Of a stretch of 64,000 nucleotides of DNA, positions 1 through 9,565 are shown in pieces. The position numbers were made by a program, and so were the translations under genes. This DNA comes from a virus (lineage: Duplodnaviria; Caudoviricetes). Numbering within the stretch: the stretch's first letter is position 1; each line of letters opens with the position of its first letter. The notes under the pieces were generated by a model, which saw only the letters and a program-made list of their open reading frames with translations, had not been told where the DNA came from and ran no database searches. The stretch is taken from positions 128,001 through 192,000 of the IMG/VR virus record IMGVR_UViG_3300037721_000031, one strand, 5' to 3'.

Positions 1-114
1 CAATCCTCTAACTTACCAGATGAAGAAAGCTTTAATACACTGATCGCTTTCTTAGACAACCTGGAATATAACGGAATAACATTATCAGAGTTAGAATTAG
101 GACCGACAGATTTA

Positions 115-1032
115 ATGACGTCGATTAATAGGGATGAAGTTTTATCGCATCCTACGTTTAACGCTATGGCTAAACGTTTCCAATTATTAACGTTTATTGT
201 CGGCTTAATTCTACCTAAAGAAGATGATTACATTAGGTTAGCACACCAGTTAAATCTACTTACTGATAAGGTGGACATTGGAATAGTCACTCCAATAGAA
301 CTTACACATGTTGGCAATGATAAGTATCTGCGTACGATAGAGAAGAATGTTAGAACTTTAATTGATCATCTAGATGCACCGCTTGTAGAAATTATTTTAC
401 AAGTACAGTTCGACGCAAGGTTTCTTACTCAACGTCAAGTAGGTTCACCGTCTTACGATAATTTATTTGATAAAATTCATAGCTTAGATTTACCTGTACG
501 TACAAAAGTGAACTTTACATTACCTCATGGTAGATCAAAGCTGGAGTCGGAATTAGTAGCAGGTAACTTTTTAGATTCCATACAAGCTCTTAACACATTC
601 TATCTGCGAGATATGAAGCGACGTGCTGGTAGTCTGGAACGGCGTCATCTTCCGTTTCAACTATTAAATCCTCGCCACAGCGGTGAAGTACTTTGGCACG
701 ATAATAACTTGTATATTAGGCCAGTTATTAACGAGAGATTTACTGCACTGAGTGAAGACCGTAAATTTACACAGCCATGGACGTATGATAGTTTTGTAAC
801 TACTTCTCTAGAGATGACAAATCGTTCTTTAGAGAAAGGATTACAGTTTGAAGATTGTGTCAGTTGTGAGCATTTAATGACTTGTGCTAACAGAGGTATT
901 CATGAAGTGATGGATGTTGTCGGTACTAGCAAGTGCATTATGCTTCTGAAGAATTATGGCTATTTATGTACTCCCCTGCAGAATGGGGAATTTGGTGAAA
1001 TTGATTGGGGTACTATTCTGCCTCTCCCATGA
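115..1032 (+). CDS. Radical SAM cluster-associated protein with C-terminal Cys cluster (SPASM-like), lacking the N-terminal CxxxCxxC
   Basis: 305-aa ORF; C-terminal CVSCEHLMTCANRG...SKC resembles the Cys pattern of the downstream radical SAM protein. Confidence 0.5.
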   Translation: MTSINRDEVLSHPTFNAMAKRFQLLTFIVGLILPKEDDYIRLAHQLNLLTDKVDIGIVTPIELTHVGNDKYLRTIEKNVRTLIDHLDAPLVEIILQVQFDARFLTQRQVGSPSYDNLFDKIHSLDLPVRTKVNFTLPHGRSKLESELVAGNFLDSIQALNTFYLRDMKRRAGSLERRHLPFQLLNPRHSGEVLWHDNNLYIRPVINERFTALSEDRKFTQPWTYDSFVTTSLEMTNRSLEKGLQFEDCVSCEHLMTCANRGIHEVMDVVGTSKCIMLLKNYGYLCTPLQNGEFGEIDWGTILPLP

Positions 1033-1052
1033 TTATTCTTTAGGAAATTGAC

Positions 1053-1538
1053 GTGAATAAAGCTGAAATTATGACGATGATCGAACCTTACTCGACATAC
1101 GTGCAAGTGATGCTTGATAGAATTAAGAATAAACGAGAATCTTATTCTAAGATGCTTGACAATCACTCTACCTTTTTAGAGCAGATAGCTACTCTTGGTT
1201 TAATAATTCCTCGACAACAGTGCGCTAGTATGTGGTTAACTCATGAATTTACTACGCGTAATAGTGGCGACATTATCTATGGGTACGGAAGTCTCCGATA
1301 TGTGATTTCTTCTAATTACAGTAATTGTTTGGACATGACGTTCAATGATGATTTAGTAAGTAGAATGAAGACCACTGATGACATTCGCACAAGTATTACT
1401 CACGATATCCCACCATCTGGAGATTTTATTTTTATTGATGGATCTCGTCAATTATTTAAGTGTGTGAGGGCTGGTAAATTCTATAATTGGTTAGCTAATC
1501 ACGTGGATATTAACTTTACCATAGTTTGTCTTAACTGA
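1053..1538 (+). CDS. Hypothetical protein in radical SAM operon
   Basis: 161-aa ORF, tightly spaced on the same strand; upstream AGGAAA. Confidence 0.6.
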   Translation: MNKAEIMTMIEPYSTYVQVMLDRIKNKRESYSKMLDNHSTFLEQIATLGLIIPRQQCASMWLTHEFTTRNSGDIIYGYGSLRYVISSNYSNCLDMTFNDDLVSRMKTTDDIRTSITHDIPPSGDFIFIDGSRQLFKCVRAGKFYNWLANHVDINFTIVCLN

Positions 1539-1545
1539 AAGTAAA

Positions 1546-2505
1546 GTGATGTTAGCTAATCCAAATGGCATTATACACATTAGCTTGAATCCAAGCTATC
1601 ATTGTAACTTTCGTTGTAAGAACTGCTACCTCACTGAAGAACAACTAAGCAACCGTCAGCTATTACAGTTAGAAGAGTTGGATAAACGCCTTACTGAAAT
1701 CAAAGCATCAGGTCACACCCTAGGCCATATGGACATCTACGGTGGAGAGGTGATGATTCTGCCTAAAGGTTATATTCAAAGTGTTAAAAGCATTTTACAT
1801 AATCACGGCATAAATGAAATTGAAATTATCACCAACTTATCCGCACTAAATAAAGATATAGTAGATGATGAAGATTTTGGTATTAGCGTTAGCTATGACT
1901 TCACAGCTAGAGAACGTCATGGTGAAGTATATGAAAATATGCTTAAGATGAGTAGGCATTTCACTGTACTTACTTTAGCCACACCTGAAGTAATTAAGAT
2001 GGATGTTGACGAATTGATAATGGAACTGAATACGCTTGGTAACATGTATTGTTGGGAAATAAAGCCGTATAGTACTAATCAAGCTAATCAATCCAGTGTT
2101 ACGTTTAGTGAGTTTGAAGAGTTTATTAAACGAATTTTTCAAAGCCTTATCCCTAAGAATTTTGAATTCTTGAATGCGTCTATTTTGTATGATGCTGTTA
2201 AAGGTGAACGTAATTCATTTTCAGACGACCACATCTACATTACTCCTACCGGTAAATTCGCTGTGTTAGAGTTTGATCTTAATGATAATGAATACTTTTT
2301 AGAACTTGATAACTTCGACAAGTATCTGGAGTGGTGCGTTATTGAAAAGAATAGAGTATTCAACAATAAGTTCTGTTCACAATGCGAGTTCTCAGGGAAA
2401 TGTTTATCTGAGCATTTACGGAAAGTAACGTCTCTCGATAATAGCTGCAACGGGCTTCATAATTTGATACAGTGGGCGAAGACTAATGTGGAAGTAAGAG
2501 TATGA
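1546..2505 (+). CDS. Radical SAM protein with SPASM/twitch-like C-terminal Fe-S domain
   Basis: YHCNFRCKNCY (CxxxCxxC), YGGE motif, C-terminal CSQCEFSGKC...CNG. Confidence 0.85.
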   Translation: MMLANPNGIIHISLNPSYHCNFRCKNCYLTEEQLSNRQLLQLEELDKRLTEIKASGHTLGHMDIYGGEVMILPKGYIQSVKSILHNHGINEIEIITNLSALNKDIVDDEDFGISVSYDFTARERHGEVYENMLKMSRHFTVLTLATPEVIKMDVDELIMELNTLGNMYCWEIKPYSTNQANQSSVTFSEFEEFIKRIFQSLIPKNFEFLNASILYDAVKGERNSFSDDHIYITPTGKFAVLEFDLNDNEYFLELDNFDKYLEWCVIEKNRVFNNKFCSQCEFSGKCLSEHLRKVTSLDNSCNGLHNLIQWAKTNVEVRV

Positions 2506-2933
2506 AAGAATGGAAAGATTATCAGGAAATATATCGTCGATTAGTAACTGAACATACTGATGCGCGTCATCTACATAAGCGTGTAATGAGTGATGAAAAA
2601 GTAGATAACGCAATTCGCTATGTTCAAGCCCAAGATGATTATGGTATTTATCCTGCTAAGAGTTACATTATAGCGATCATATATGCATTCATGATACAGG
2701 AAGTATATGGTGAAGATCTGTATGAATCATTGAACGATCCTGAGTTACTTCCTCAAGATGATTTCTTTGTTACGTATGAAGAAGACTCTGAAACCTACGA
2801 TGCTATTCTTACTAAACTAGAAGGAATTCCTGACTGGATTAAAGGTGGTTGGGCTCCTAGAACAGTCGAGTACTTCTATGCCGAGTGTACTGAAGAAGGT
2901 GTGAATTCTATTAATGGAGTCATTAATGAATAA
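2502..2933 (+). CDS. Hypothetical protein, translationally coupled to the radical SAM gene
   Basis: 143-aa ORF; ATGA overlap with the upstream stop. Confidence 0.7.
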   Translation: MKEWKDYQEIYRRLVTEHTDARHLHKRVMSDEKVDNAIRYVQAQDDYGIYPAKSYIIAIIYAFMIQEVYGEDLYESLNDPELLPQDDFFVTYEEDSETYDAILTKLEGIPDWIKGGWAPRTVEYFYAECTEEGVNSINGVINE

Positions 2934-3123
2934 CCCATTTAAGAACAGAGCTGCTGAAACAATGGGACATGAGAGTCCTCCAGAATTTAGAAGAACTTCT
3001 GGATCTGTAATTTGTCAGACTTGCGGTAAAGAGTATCGCAGACATCCTGGTAGTGAGCATAAAGACTGGAATGGTGACTACTTTCTGAAACAGTTATGTG
3101 ATGGAAGCTTGGTAAAGCTATAA
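2926..3123 (+). CDS. Small Cys/His-containing (putative Zn-binding) protein
   Basis: CQTC...H...H...C; start overlaps the upstream stop (track start 2914, likely 2926). Confidence 0.5.
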   Translation: MNNPFKNRAAETMGHESPPEFRRTSGSVICQTCGKEYRRHPGSEHKDWNGDYFLKQLCDGSLVKL

Positions 3124-3165
3124 AGCAGCATAAAAGCCTGGCAATTGCCAGGCTTTTATGCTGCT
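3124..3165. terminator. Bidirectional terminator / perfect 42-bp palindrome
   Basis: agcagcataaaagcctggcaattgccaggcttttatgctgct between convergent genes. Confidence 0.8.
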
Positions 3166-3181
3166 ATGTAAATACAATCAA

Positions 3182-3847
3182 TTACTTATCGAGAGTAGGA
3201 TTTTTCTTAAGAAAGATGGTCTCATACAACTCAGAAATCTTCTTCTTTTGTTCAGGATCCTGAGTAGTATCATAAATCAATTCAGAAGTCTTAAGTGGTA
3301 ATTCAGGAATATCTACAGGTACATCCTTGAACTCTAAGTCAATTTTAACCCACTCGTAGTAGGTGCCGTCTTCTTTAAGGTATACGTCTACTTCGAATAC
3401 TAATTCAGTCCCGTTAATAGGAAAATGGAAACGATGTTTACACATTCCATTTTCAGCTAAGAGCTTAAACAAGTCAAACATGTCTTTACTAGCAGGAAGA
3501 GGAACTTCTGCACGATCATCAGCTTTACGTTCTGCTTTAACAGTAATCACATATTGAACAGAATCTTCGTTAGTATCTGTAAGTTCGAAACCTTTATCAG
3601 TCTTGGTTAAAGGTATGATCTTGCGGACACGCATAGTGCCCTTGGCTGCATTCTTATCAGTCTTAGGTAGTTTGATCTGCCATTGCTCTTGCGAGTCTAC
3701 AGAGACCGCATTATTCAGTTCACTTAGATCTGAGAGCTTAGCATAAATAACACGCTCACGTTCACGAAAGAGCTTACCATCTTGGACATCTTCTTCCATG
3801 CCGATCTCTAACGACATAATAGCTAATAATTGATTTTTCTTCGACAT
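3182..3847 (-). CDS. CYTH-domain (triphosphate tunnel metalloenzyme-like) protein
   Basis: N-terminal ERER, MRVRK, KHRFHF, EVDVY and KIDLEF match the CYTH pattern. Confidence 0.7.
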   Translation of the reverse strand: MSKKNQLLAIMSLEIGMEEDVQDGKLFRERERVIYAKLSDLSELNNAVSVDSQEQWQIKLPKTDKNAAKGTMRVRKIIPLTKTDKGFELTDTNEDSVQYVITVKAERKADDRAEVPLPASKDMFDLFKLLAENGMCKHRFHFPINGTELVFEVDVYLKEDGTYYEWVKIDLEFKDVPVDIPELPLKTSELIYDTTQDPEQKKKISELYETIFLKKNPTLDK

Positions 3848-3970
3848 AATCGTAAGTCCTAATTTAAAAGTAATACTAGAAGCACTATCACATATAAAGT
3901 AGATTGCGACATAAAGAACTACTGACCCATTATAGAGTCAGTAGTTCTTATAGTCTTAAAACACATCTAC

Positions 3971-4249
3971 TCATACTGGCGCTAATATGATTTTTATAAT
4001 TTCAGATAATGTCTGAAGGAATAGACCAATAGTACTTTCTTTTATAGAAGACTTACTAGTCACAGACAAATACAAAAATGTTAACACAACAAGAGTAGTG
4101 AGTAATGCTAATGTCAATATCAGTACTTTGACAATCCAGTGCTTCAGGCGTCTTACTTCAGCCTTTTCATTAGCATCAGCTACATTACACATTACTTCTT
4201 TATCGTTTTTAGCGTTTTTACGTATGGATGTTATCTTTAGCTTATTCAT
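3971..4249 (-). CDS. Small membrane protein (possible holin/antiholin)
   Basis: 92 aa; basic N-terminus followed by long hydrophobic segments. Confidence 0.5.
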   Translation of the reverse strand: MNKLKITSIRKNAKNDKEVMCNVADANEKAEVRRLKHWIVKVLILTLALLTTLVVLTFLYLSVTSKSSIKESTIGLFLQTLSEIIKIILAPV

Positions 4250-4316
4250 GCTTCACTACCTATTAAAGCCTACAAACAATAAGGGATCGGTAGTGTAATC
4301 CTAATTTACTATATTA

Positions 4317-6437
4317 TTAATTTCCAGGTGGCGATAACATGGAATATAGTTCTTGTACCTGTGCTTCAAGTTGCAGTATCCTAGCGTCGGATGCTTTTAC
4401 CTTAGCATGAAGTTGTTGAGTAGCTTTAATAAGAGGCGATATGAATTGTTCATATCTCAGAGCTTGCGATGAATCGGGATTGTTAACATCTTCTAAAACC
4501 CATCCAGCAAAGTCTTCAACGTTGAGTGTATCCAGAACTTGTTTTACTTGCTGAGCACTTAAACCATAATGCCTGCGAACGCCAGGAATTAATGTCTGAG
4601 TATTTTCTCCATCTTCAGATACAGCTATTTGTCCAACTATTTTACGGTAAGATATAGCCCAAAGCAGATCTATAAAATCTAACCCTAGGGCTGAGTCTTC
4701 TACATCAGTCTTAGTACGTATATCTGACGTCACAGTTACAGCATTAGCTGAAAAAATATCTCTATATGCTGTAGTTAATTCACCAAGATCTCGTGCGTTA
4801 TGTGTCTGAGATACGAACGCATTACTACCATACATGAACGCTGCGACATTGTTAGCTGCTAGACCTACAACACCAGCCGCCTTCTTATACATCCCATCAG
4901 TTGGACCGGTTGTACTAGTTGGAATGAATGATGTTGCTTCTAAACCTGCAGTCGTAGTAGATGCAATAGTGACGCCAGCATGCTTTACAATAACGGCACC
5001 TTTACTACCGCCGCCAGTACTATTACCTGATCCAATAGTTACGGTACCACCATTACCACTACCGGTAGTATCACCGCCTAAGAGTTCAACATTACCTGAA
5101 TGTGAGACACCTGCACCTGCACCACCTTTAAGTCTCAGTACACCAGCATCTCTAACACCTGAAGTCGCATCACCAGTAATTATCGTTAGTGACGCAGACT
5201 CTGTTCCAGAAGCTGCAGTCGCTGTCCTAATGATACTTATACCAGCGCCTGTACCAAGTTGTACAGTATTAGTAGCACTATCATACGTCAATGAACTACT
5301 GCCACTTAACAGATTAGAACCATCACCCACACCGATCTGTTTATTATTAAGTGTTGCTGAGCTACTGATAGACTTCCATGTTCCATCACCGCACCAGAAT
5401 GTAGTACCGCTAGCATTAGTACCGCTGTTAAGGTTTGCTACCGGTAAATTACCAGTGATGTGAGCAGTTAAATCAACCTTACCATAGCTAGGAGCTACAC
5501 CTACACCACCAGAAATTAATACATTACCAGTTGCAACACCTGCAAGCTTACTCAAAGTGTTTGTCGCACTAGCGTAAGGAAGATCACCAGTGGTCCAGCT
5601 AGTAATGTTAGTACCACCGTAAGCAGTACCAATCGGTGTTGCATTCCATGTAGCTGTTGTAACTGTACCTAACGTATTAATAGATGTTTGGCCAGCATAA
5701 GTAGCTGAAACTGTGACTGTAATGTTACCAGCTACACCATCTTCATTAGTTACAGTAATCTTATCAGCAGTACCAGTAACTAAACGTACTTGCCAAATAT
5801 TAGTAGCCGTACGAACTGCAATACCAGTACCGGAGATACCTTCAACAGCCTCTAAATCATCAGATAACGCCAGTGTGCGTGTACTCGTACCTGAAACAGT
5901 TATACCCGCAGCGGGTTGGACTATACTAGAGACCGCATCATTAGCTGTAGATAACGCGGTACTAGCATCACTGGCTGCAGAATTAGCAGCAGTCAGTGCG
6001 TCATTAGCGTTGTCTGCCGCAGTACCTGCAATTGCTAGTGCGGAGTTAGCTGTGGCATTAGCACCACTAGCGGTACTACTGGCAGCAGCGGCAGCTTGTA
6101 ATGCGTCAGCAGCATCATCAATTGCTGTTACAGCGTTAGAATTTGCAGATGACGCCATCTGACTTGCTTCGCTTATTTGTTGTCCAAGTGTAGACTCTAC
6201 CGTACTAATGGCAGTTGCAACAGTACTAATTTCTCCAGACAAGTTTACAGATAACTGACTTATCTGTGTAGACACGTCAGTAGATAATTGACTTATTGCA
6301 GTATCAGTATCATTAGAAAGTGTACTAATTTGTCCAGAAAGATCGTCTGACGTTTCACTAATCTGAGTGAAAGCTTGAGTAATACGCTTATTAACACCAA
6401 GAGCATCAATTGCCTTAGCAACTTGAGCAATAGTCAT
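4317..6437 (-). CDS. Tail fibre/spike protein with C-terminal peptidase S74 intramolecular chaperone
   Basis: Ala/Ser-rich coiled N-terminus, Gly/Thr-rich beta repeats, C-terminal TSDIRTK...HYGLSAQQV...LRYEQFISPLIKATQQL. Confidence 0.85.
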   Translation of the reverse strand: MTIAQVAKAIDALGVNKRITQAFTQISETSDDLSGQISTLSNDTDTAISQLSTDVSTQISQLSVNLSGEISTVATAISTVESTLGQQISEASQMASSANSNAVTAIDDAADALQAAAAASSTASGANATANSALAIAGTAADNANDALTAANSAASDASTALSTANDAVSSIVQPAAGITVSGTSTRTLALSDDLEAVEGISGTGIAVRTATNIWQVRLVTGTADKITVTNEDGVAGNITVTVSATYAGQTSINTLGTVTTATWNATPIGTAYGGTNITSWTTGDLPYASATNTLSKLAGVATGNVLISGGVGVAPSYGKVDLTAHITGNLPVANLNSGTNASGTTFWCGDGTWKSISSSATLNNKQIGVGDGSNLLSGSSSLTYDSATNTVQLGTGAGISIIRTATAASGTESASLTIITGDATSGVRDAGVLRLKGGAGAGVSHSGNVELLGGDTTGSGNGGTVTIGSGNSTGGGSKGAVIVKHAGVTIASTTTAGLEATSFIPTSTTGPTDGMYKKAAGVVGLAANNVAAFMYGSNAFVSQTHNARDLGELTTAYRDIFSANAVTVTSDIRTKTDVEDSALGLDFIDLLWAISYRKIVGQIAVSEDGENTQTLIPGVRRHYGLSAQQVKQVLDTLNVEDFAGWVLEDVNNPDSSQALRYEQFISPLIKATQQLHAKVKASDARILQLEAQVQELYSMLSPPGN

Positions 6438-7117
6438 TCTCTTACTCCCTTACCAGCTAAATCTCCATCGGTAGTAAAAAAGAATGTTTCTGATGTACCG
6501 TCGGCATAATCATAAACAACATCATTAGCATTGTCCGGAGTACGACCTTGGATTGTAAACGGATCATCCTTCTCAACAATCTGTACTGCAGTAGCGCGTA
6601 ACTGAGCATTGCTAAGACCTAAAGATCCAACAAGTTCAAGATTACTAATGGATGGTGCCGATACAAAATCAACTCCAGTAGTTTGATTACGCCAAACAGT
6701 TGTAACTGTAGATGCTACAGATCCAGAGACGTCAAGTATCTGAACTAAGGTAACAACATCACCAACAGACGAGTCATCAAAGTCAATAGCCACACGGTAT
6801 GTCGTTGTGACTAATTCTCGATCAGTGGTAGTAGTATCTGATTCACCACCAGGGAATGTCCCTGTGGTAATAGCAAAGTCATCATCACTGCGTTCAGTAA
6901 AGATATAAACTTCACCGATAACTCCTGAACATTCAAAGAGTTCATTACCGAGATATTTTTCACCGGTAACTTCTTCCGCCGGTTCACCACCGGTAGTTAC
7001 AGCGACGCACCACCAGCGACTACCGCTAAGAGCATTACTCTTAATTCTGATATATCCAGGATCTGTAGCGACTAACGTCCAAGTTCTCTGGTCTGGTTGA
7101 ATATTATCTGTTTGCAT
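6434..7117 (-). CDS. Hypothetical (probable virion/tail-associated) protein
   Basis: 227-aa beta-rich ORF coupled by a 4-nt overlap to the fibre gene. Confidence 0.6.
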   Translation of the reverse strand: MQTDNIQPDQRTWTLVATDPGYIRIKSNALSGSRWWCVAVTTGGEPAEEVTGEKYLGNELFECSGVIGEVYIFTERSDDDFAITTGTFPGGESDTTTTDRELVTTTYRVAIDFDDSSVGDVVTLVQILDVSGSVASTVTTVWRNQTTGVDFVSAPSISNLELVGSLGLSNAQLRATAVQIVEKDDPFTIQGRTPDNANDVVYDYADGTSETFFFTTDGDLAGKGVRE

Positions 7118-7126
7118 ATATCCTGC

Positions 7127-7447
7127 CTATGGTTTTTGATCTTTAGTCGAATAAATTTCTTGCTGCTTTTGTTTCCAGTCGCGCAAGGTCTTCTTACTGA
7201 CATTACATAGGATAGTTTTGCGAACCGAGCCATGATAAGCAGTAACAAGTAAAGCCTCTTTATCAGACCATTCTGACTTAGTGTATTCTTCAATATTTGG
7301 AGGAGGTTGAAGTTCACAGTCTTTTAGTAATTCATCAGGAGGTGTTACTAAAACAGTATTATAAACTATTCTTTCTTCTGGTACAGTCGGATTGACCTGG
7401 CACGCAGTCAGGAGAGAAACTAGCAGAAATGTAATAAAAAGCTTCAT
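7127..7447 (-). CDS. o-spanin (Rz1-like lipoprotein)
   Basis: Signal peptide with lipobox LLTAC and Pro-rich segment; directly downstream of the i-spanin. Confidence 0.8.
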   Translation of the reverse strand: MKLFITFLLVSLLTACQVNPTVPEERIVYNTVLVTPPDELLKDCELQPPPNIEEYTKSEWSDKEALLVTAYHGSVRKTILCNVSKKTLRDWKQKQQEIYSTKDQKP

Positions 7448-7461
7448 GATATTTCCTCAAA

Positions 7462-7938
7462 TTACTTTACTGTACATTGCGGTGAAGATGCACTATTTGT
7501 ACAGAATGATGCCCATAATCCATTTATCCTCGCACTGCTAATTTCCGCTTCTTCAGCTTTCTTATTTTCAACAGTACGTTCTTTATCCTCATACTTTTTC
7601 TTGATGTCGTTTACTTTAGAAGCTACACGCTGATCTACTAAATCAAAACGGTCTTTGTAAATAACTGCAGTCTTAGTACCTTCGTCTAAGACATCACTAG
7701 TTGCTTTACCAGACTGTTGAAGCTGTTTAAGCTGTGATTCTAGTCCAGCATACTGATCTTTTAACAACTTATGCTTAGCATCGAGATTAGTGAAATTACT
7801 TTCAGATATAGTTAACTTATTAGTAATTCTACTATTCTGAATAAACTGATAAGTACAAAAAATTCCAAGAGCAGCTATAGACCCAAGCATTACCTTGCTT
7901 AGTATTCCAGAGAAGGCCGTTTTTATAAAACTGAACAT
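7462..7938 (-). CDS. i-spanin (Rz-like)
   Basis: N-terminal transmembrane helix, long coiled coil, C-terminal Cys pair. Confidence 0.75.
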   Translation of the reverse strand: MFSFIKTAFSGILSKVMLGSIAALGIFCTYQFIQNSRITNKLTISESNFTNLDAKHKLLKDQYAGLESQLKQLQQSGKATSDVLDEGTKTAVIYKDRFDLVDQRVASKVNDIKKKYEDKERTVENKKAEEAEISSARINGLWASFCTNSASSPQCTVK

Positions 7939-7953
7939 GATGATTCCTTTTAT

Positions 7954-8526
7954 TTAGGTAATGGATCTGTATTGCATTATTTTAGAATAACAGACAGCGA
8001 TAGCATCTATAGAATGCTCATCAATCTCAAGTAATGAAGAAGGACCGATGAAGTTTAAGTCAGGTAAGTTTAAAACAAGTTTCTTCATCTCATCTTTATC
8101 TGCATTACCTTTACCGCCAACACAACGTTTAACAGTAGGTGGGTCGATGAGGTCTAATGGCATGCACTGGTCATGTTCCCATACAGCCTGACGAATAGCG
8201 TCCAGTGTTTCTACAAGGGCGCCATATGCCTGAGGACGAGTTGGGTTGTAGAACGGAGACTCACACACTACGGCTACTGGTAGACAGTGCTGTAAGATCC
8301 TTTTAATATTTTCTTTATGAGCAGAGATTCTAGCAAATCTAGGAGAATGTATCTGTTCCATCCACGGGTTGATTTGTAGCTTCGAGGCTGTAAATGTAAT
8401 TGCTTGAGTACACACAATCTCAAGTGTATGTACATCTATAGACATGCATGAGATGCCTAAAGTAGAACTACCAGGATCAATCCCTAGGATTTGTGCTGAT
8501 TGACTATTAGCTGGGATATGAAACAT
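7954..8526 (-). CDS. ruvC: RuvC-like Holliday junction resolvase
   Basis: ILGIDPGSSTLG, VVCESPF, GKGNADKDEM, DAIAV; start moved to Met36 of the track ORF. Confidence 0.85.
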   Translation of the reverse strand: MFHIPANSQSAQILGIDPGSSTLGISCMSIDVHTLEIVCTQAITFTASKLQINPWMEQIHSPRFARISAHKENIKRILQHCLPVAVVCESPFYNPTRPQAYGALVETLDAIRQAVWEHDQCMPLDLIDPPTVKRCVGGKGNADKDEMKKLVLNLPDLNFIGPSSLLEIDEHSIDAIAVCYSKIMQYRSIT

Positions 8527-8590
8527 ATATGTAATTCCTTGACGGCATAGAAGAGAACAGGAGTTTATCCTGTCTCTTCTATACTGTATA

Positions 8591-9439
8591 TTAGAGACTA
8601 CTAATAGCAAACAATGGTTCAGTGGCCCCAACAGCCAGCGTGATATCAGTACCAGTGTTACTAAACTTTAGAGGAATCATAGCAGGGATATGGGATGCGA
8701 TTTGAACAACGATAGCTTCATTGAAGTTAAATGTTCCACCAATACTGCTAGTTACCTGTACGACTTTATCAATACCTGTGCAGAGCCCGATCTCAGAAAT
8801 GATAGAATAATATTCATCATTATAAAGCACTTTGGCTACATTGATTAGTTCTAATGCATCACTTTCAGTCAGACTAAGCGTAAGAATAGCTGATGCTGAA
8901 ACATACTCGCCATTAGTAACATTAACACCAGAGTTAATGATGTCCGGAGGTGTCGGATTCAGATTACTACTGTTAGGAACAAATACAGTAGTTTGTTCCA
9001 CACCGTTAGTGACTACTTTGTAGTTCATCACGGGTGTGACATTGGTCATGTCAAGACGACGTAAGTAGTAAGCGATATATGTATCACCGTTATGAGTTTC
9101 CTCACGACGTAATGCATACCTAGCTCTTTCTATACTAGTCAAATCGTCTGTAATTTCTCGAAGTACAAACGGGATATGTCCATACAGTGCGGCATCAGTA
9201 GCTCTATGTTGCACTGGCTCTGGCTTGGGAATACCCTCACCACCTACTACCAATTGGTGACCGCGATTACCGATACAGTAGTACCTGAGGCTCGGTCGTT
9301 CAGTTGATATCGGTAATGTTCCATTTTGGATACCGAACTTCTGATTGAGAGTAGAATTTGCTGGATATGCGGGAGCGATATTCAGAAGCATACAAGTCTG
9401 AATATAACTGGAATATACGGTGCGTGTGACTGATTCCAT
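8591..9439 (-). CDS. Virion structural protein (phiKZ gp127-like, baseplate region)
   Basis: 285 aa; YYCIGNRGH and ISEIGLCTGID motifs; synteny with the gp128/portal block. Confidence 0.6.
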   Translation of the reverse strand: MESVTRTVYSSYIQTCMLLNIAPAYPANSTLNQKFGIQNGTLPISTERPSLRYYCIGNRGHQLVVGGEGIPKPEPVQHRATDAALYGHIPFVLREITDDLTSIERARYALRREETHNGDTYIAYYLRRLDMTNVTPVMNYKVVTNGVEQTTVFVPNSSNLNPTPPDIINSGVNVTNGEYVSASAILTLSLTESDALELINVAKVLYNDEYYSIISEIGLCTGIDKVVQVTSSIGGTFNFNEAIVVQIASHIPAMIPLKFSNTGTDITLAVGATEPLFAISSL

Positions 9440-9565
9440 ATTTATCACATTTAGAAGTAATTTGTATTAGACTACTACTCTACATCAAGTAGATTAATAG
9501 CTGGCGTAATCATCACAAGATGAGGCTCATTAGGTAAGTTTTAACCTACCTAATGAGTATTCTCA

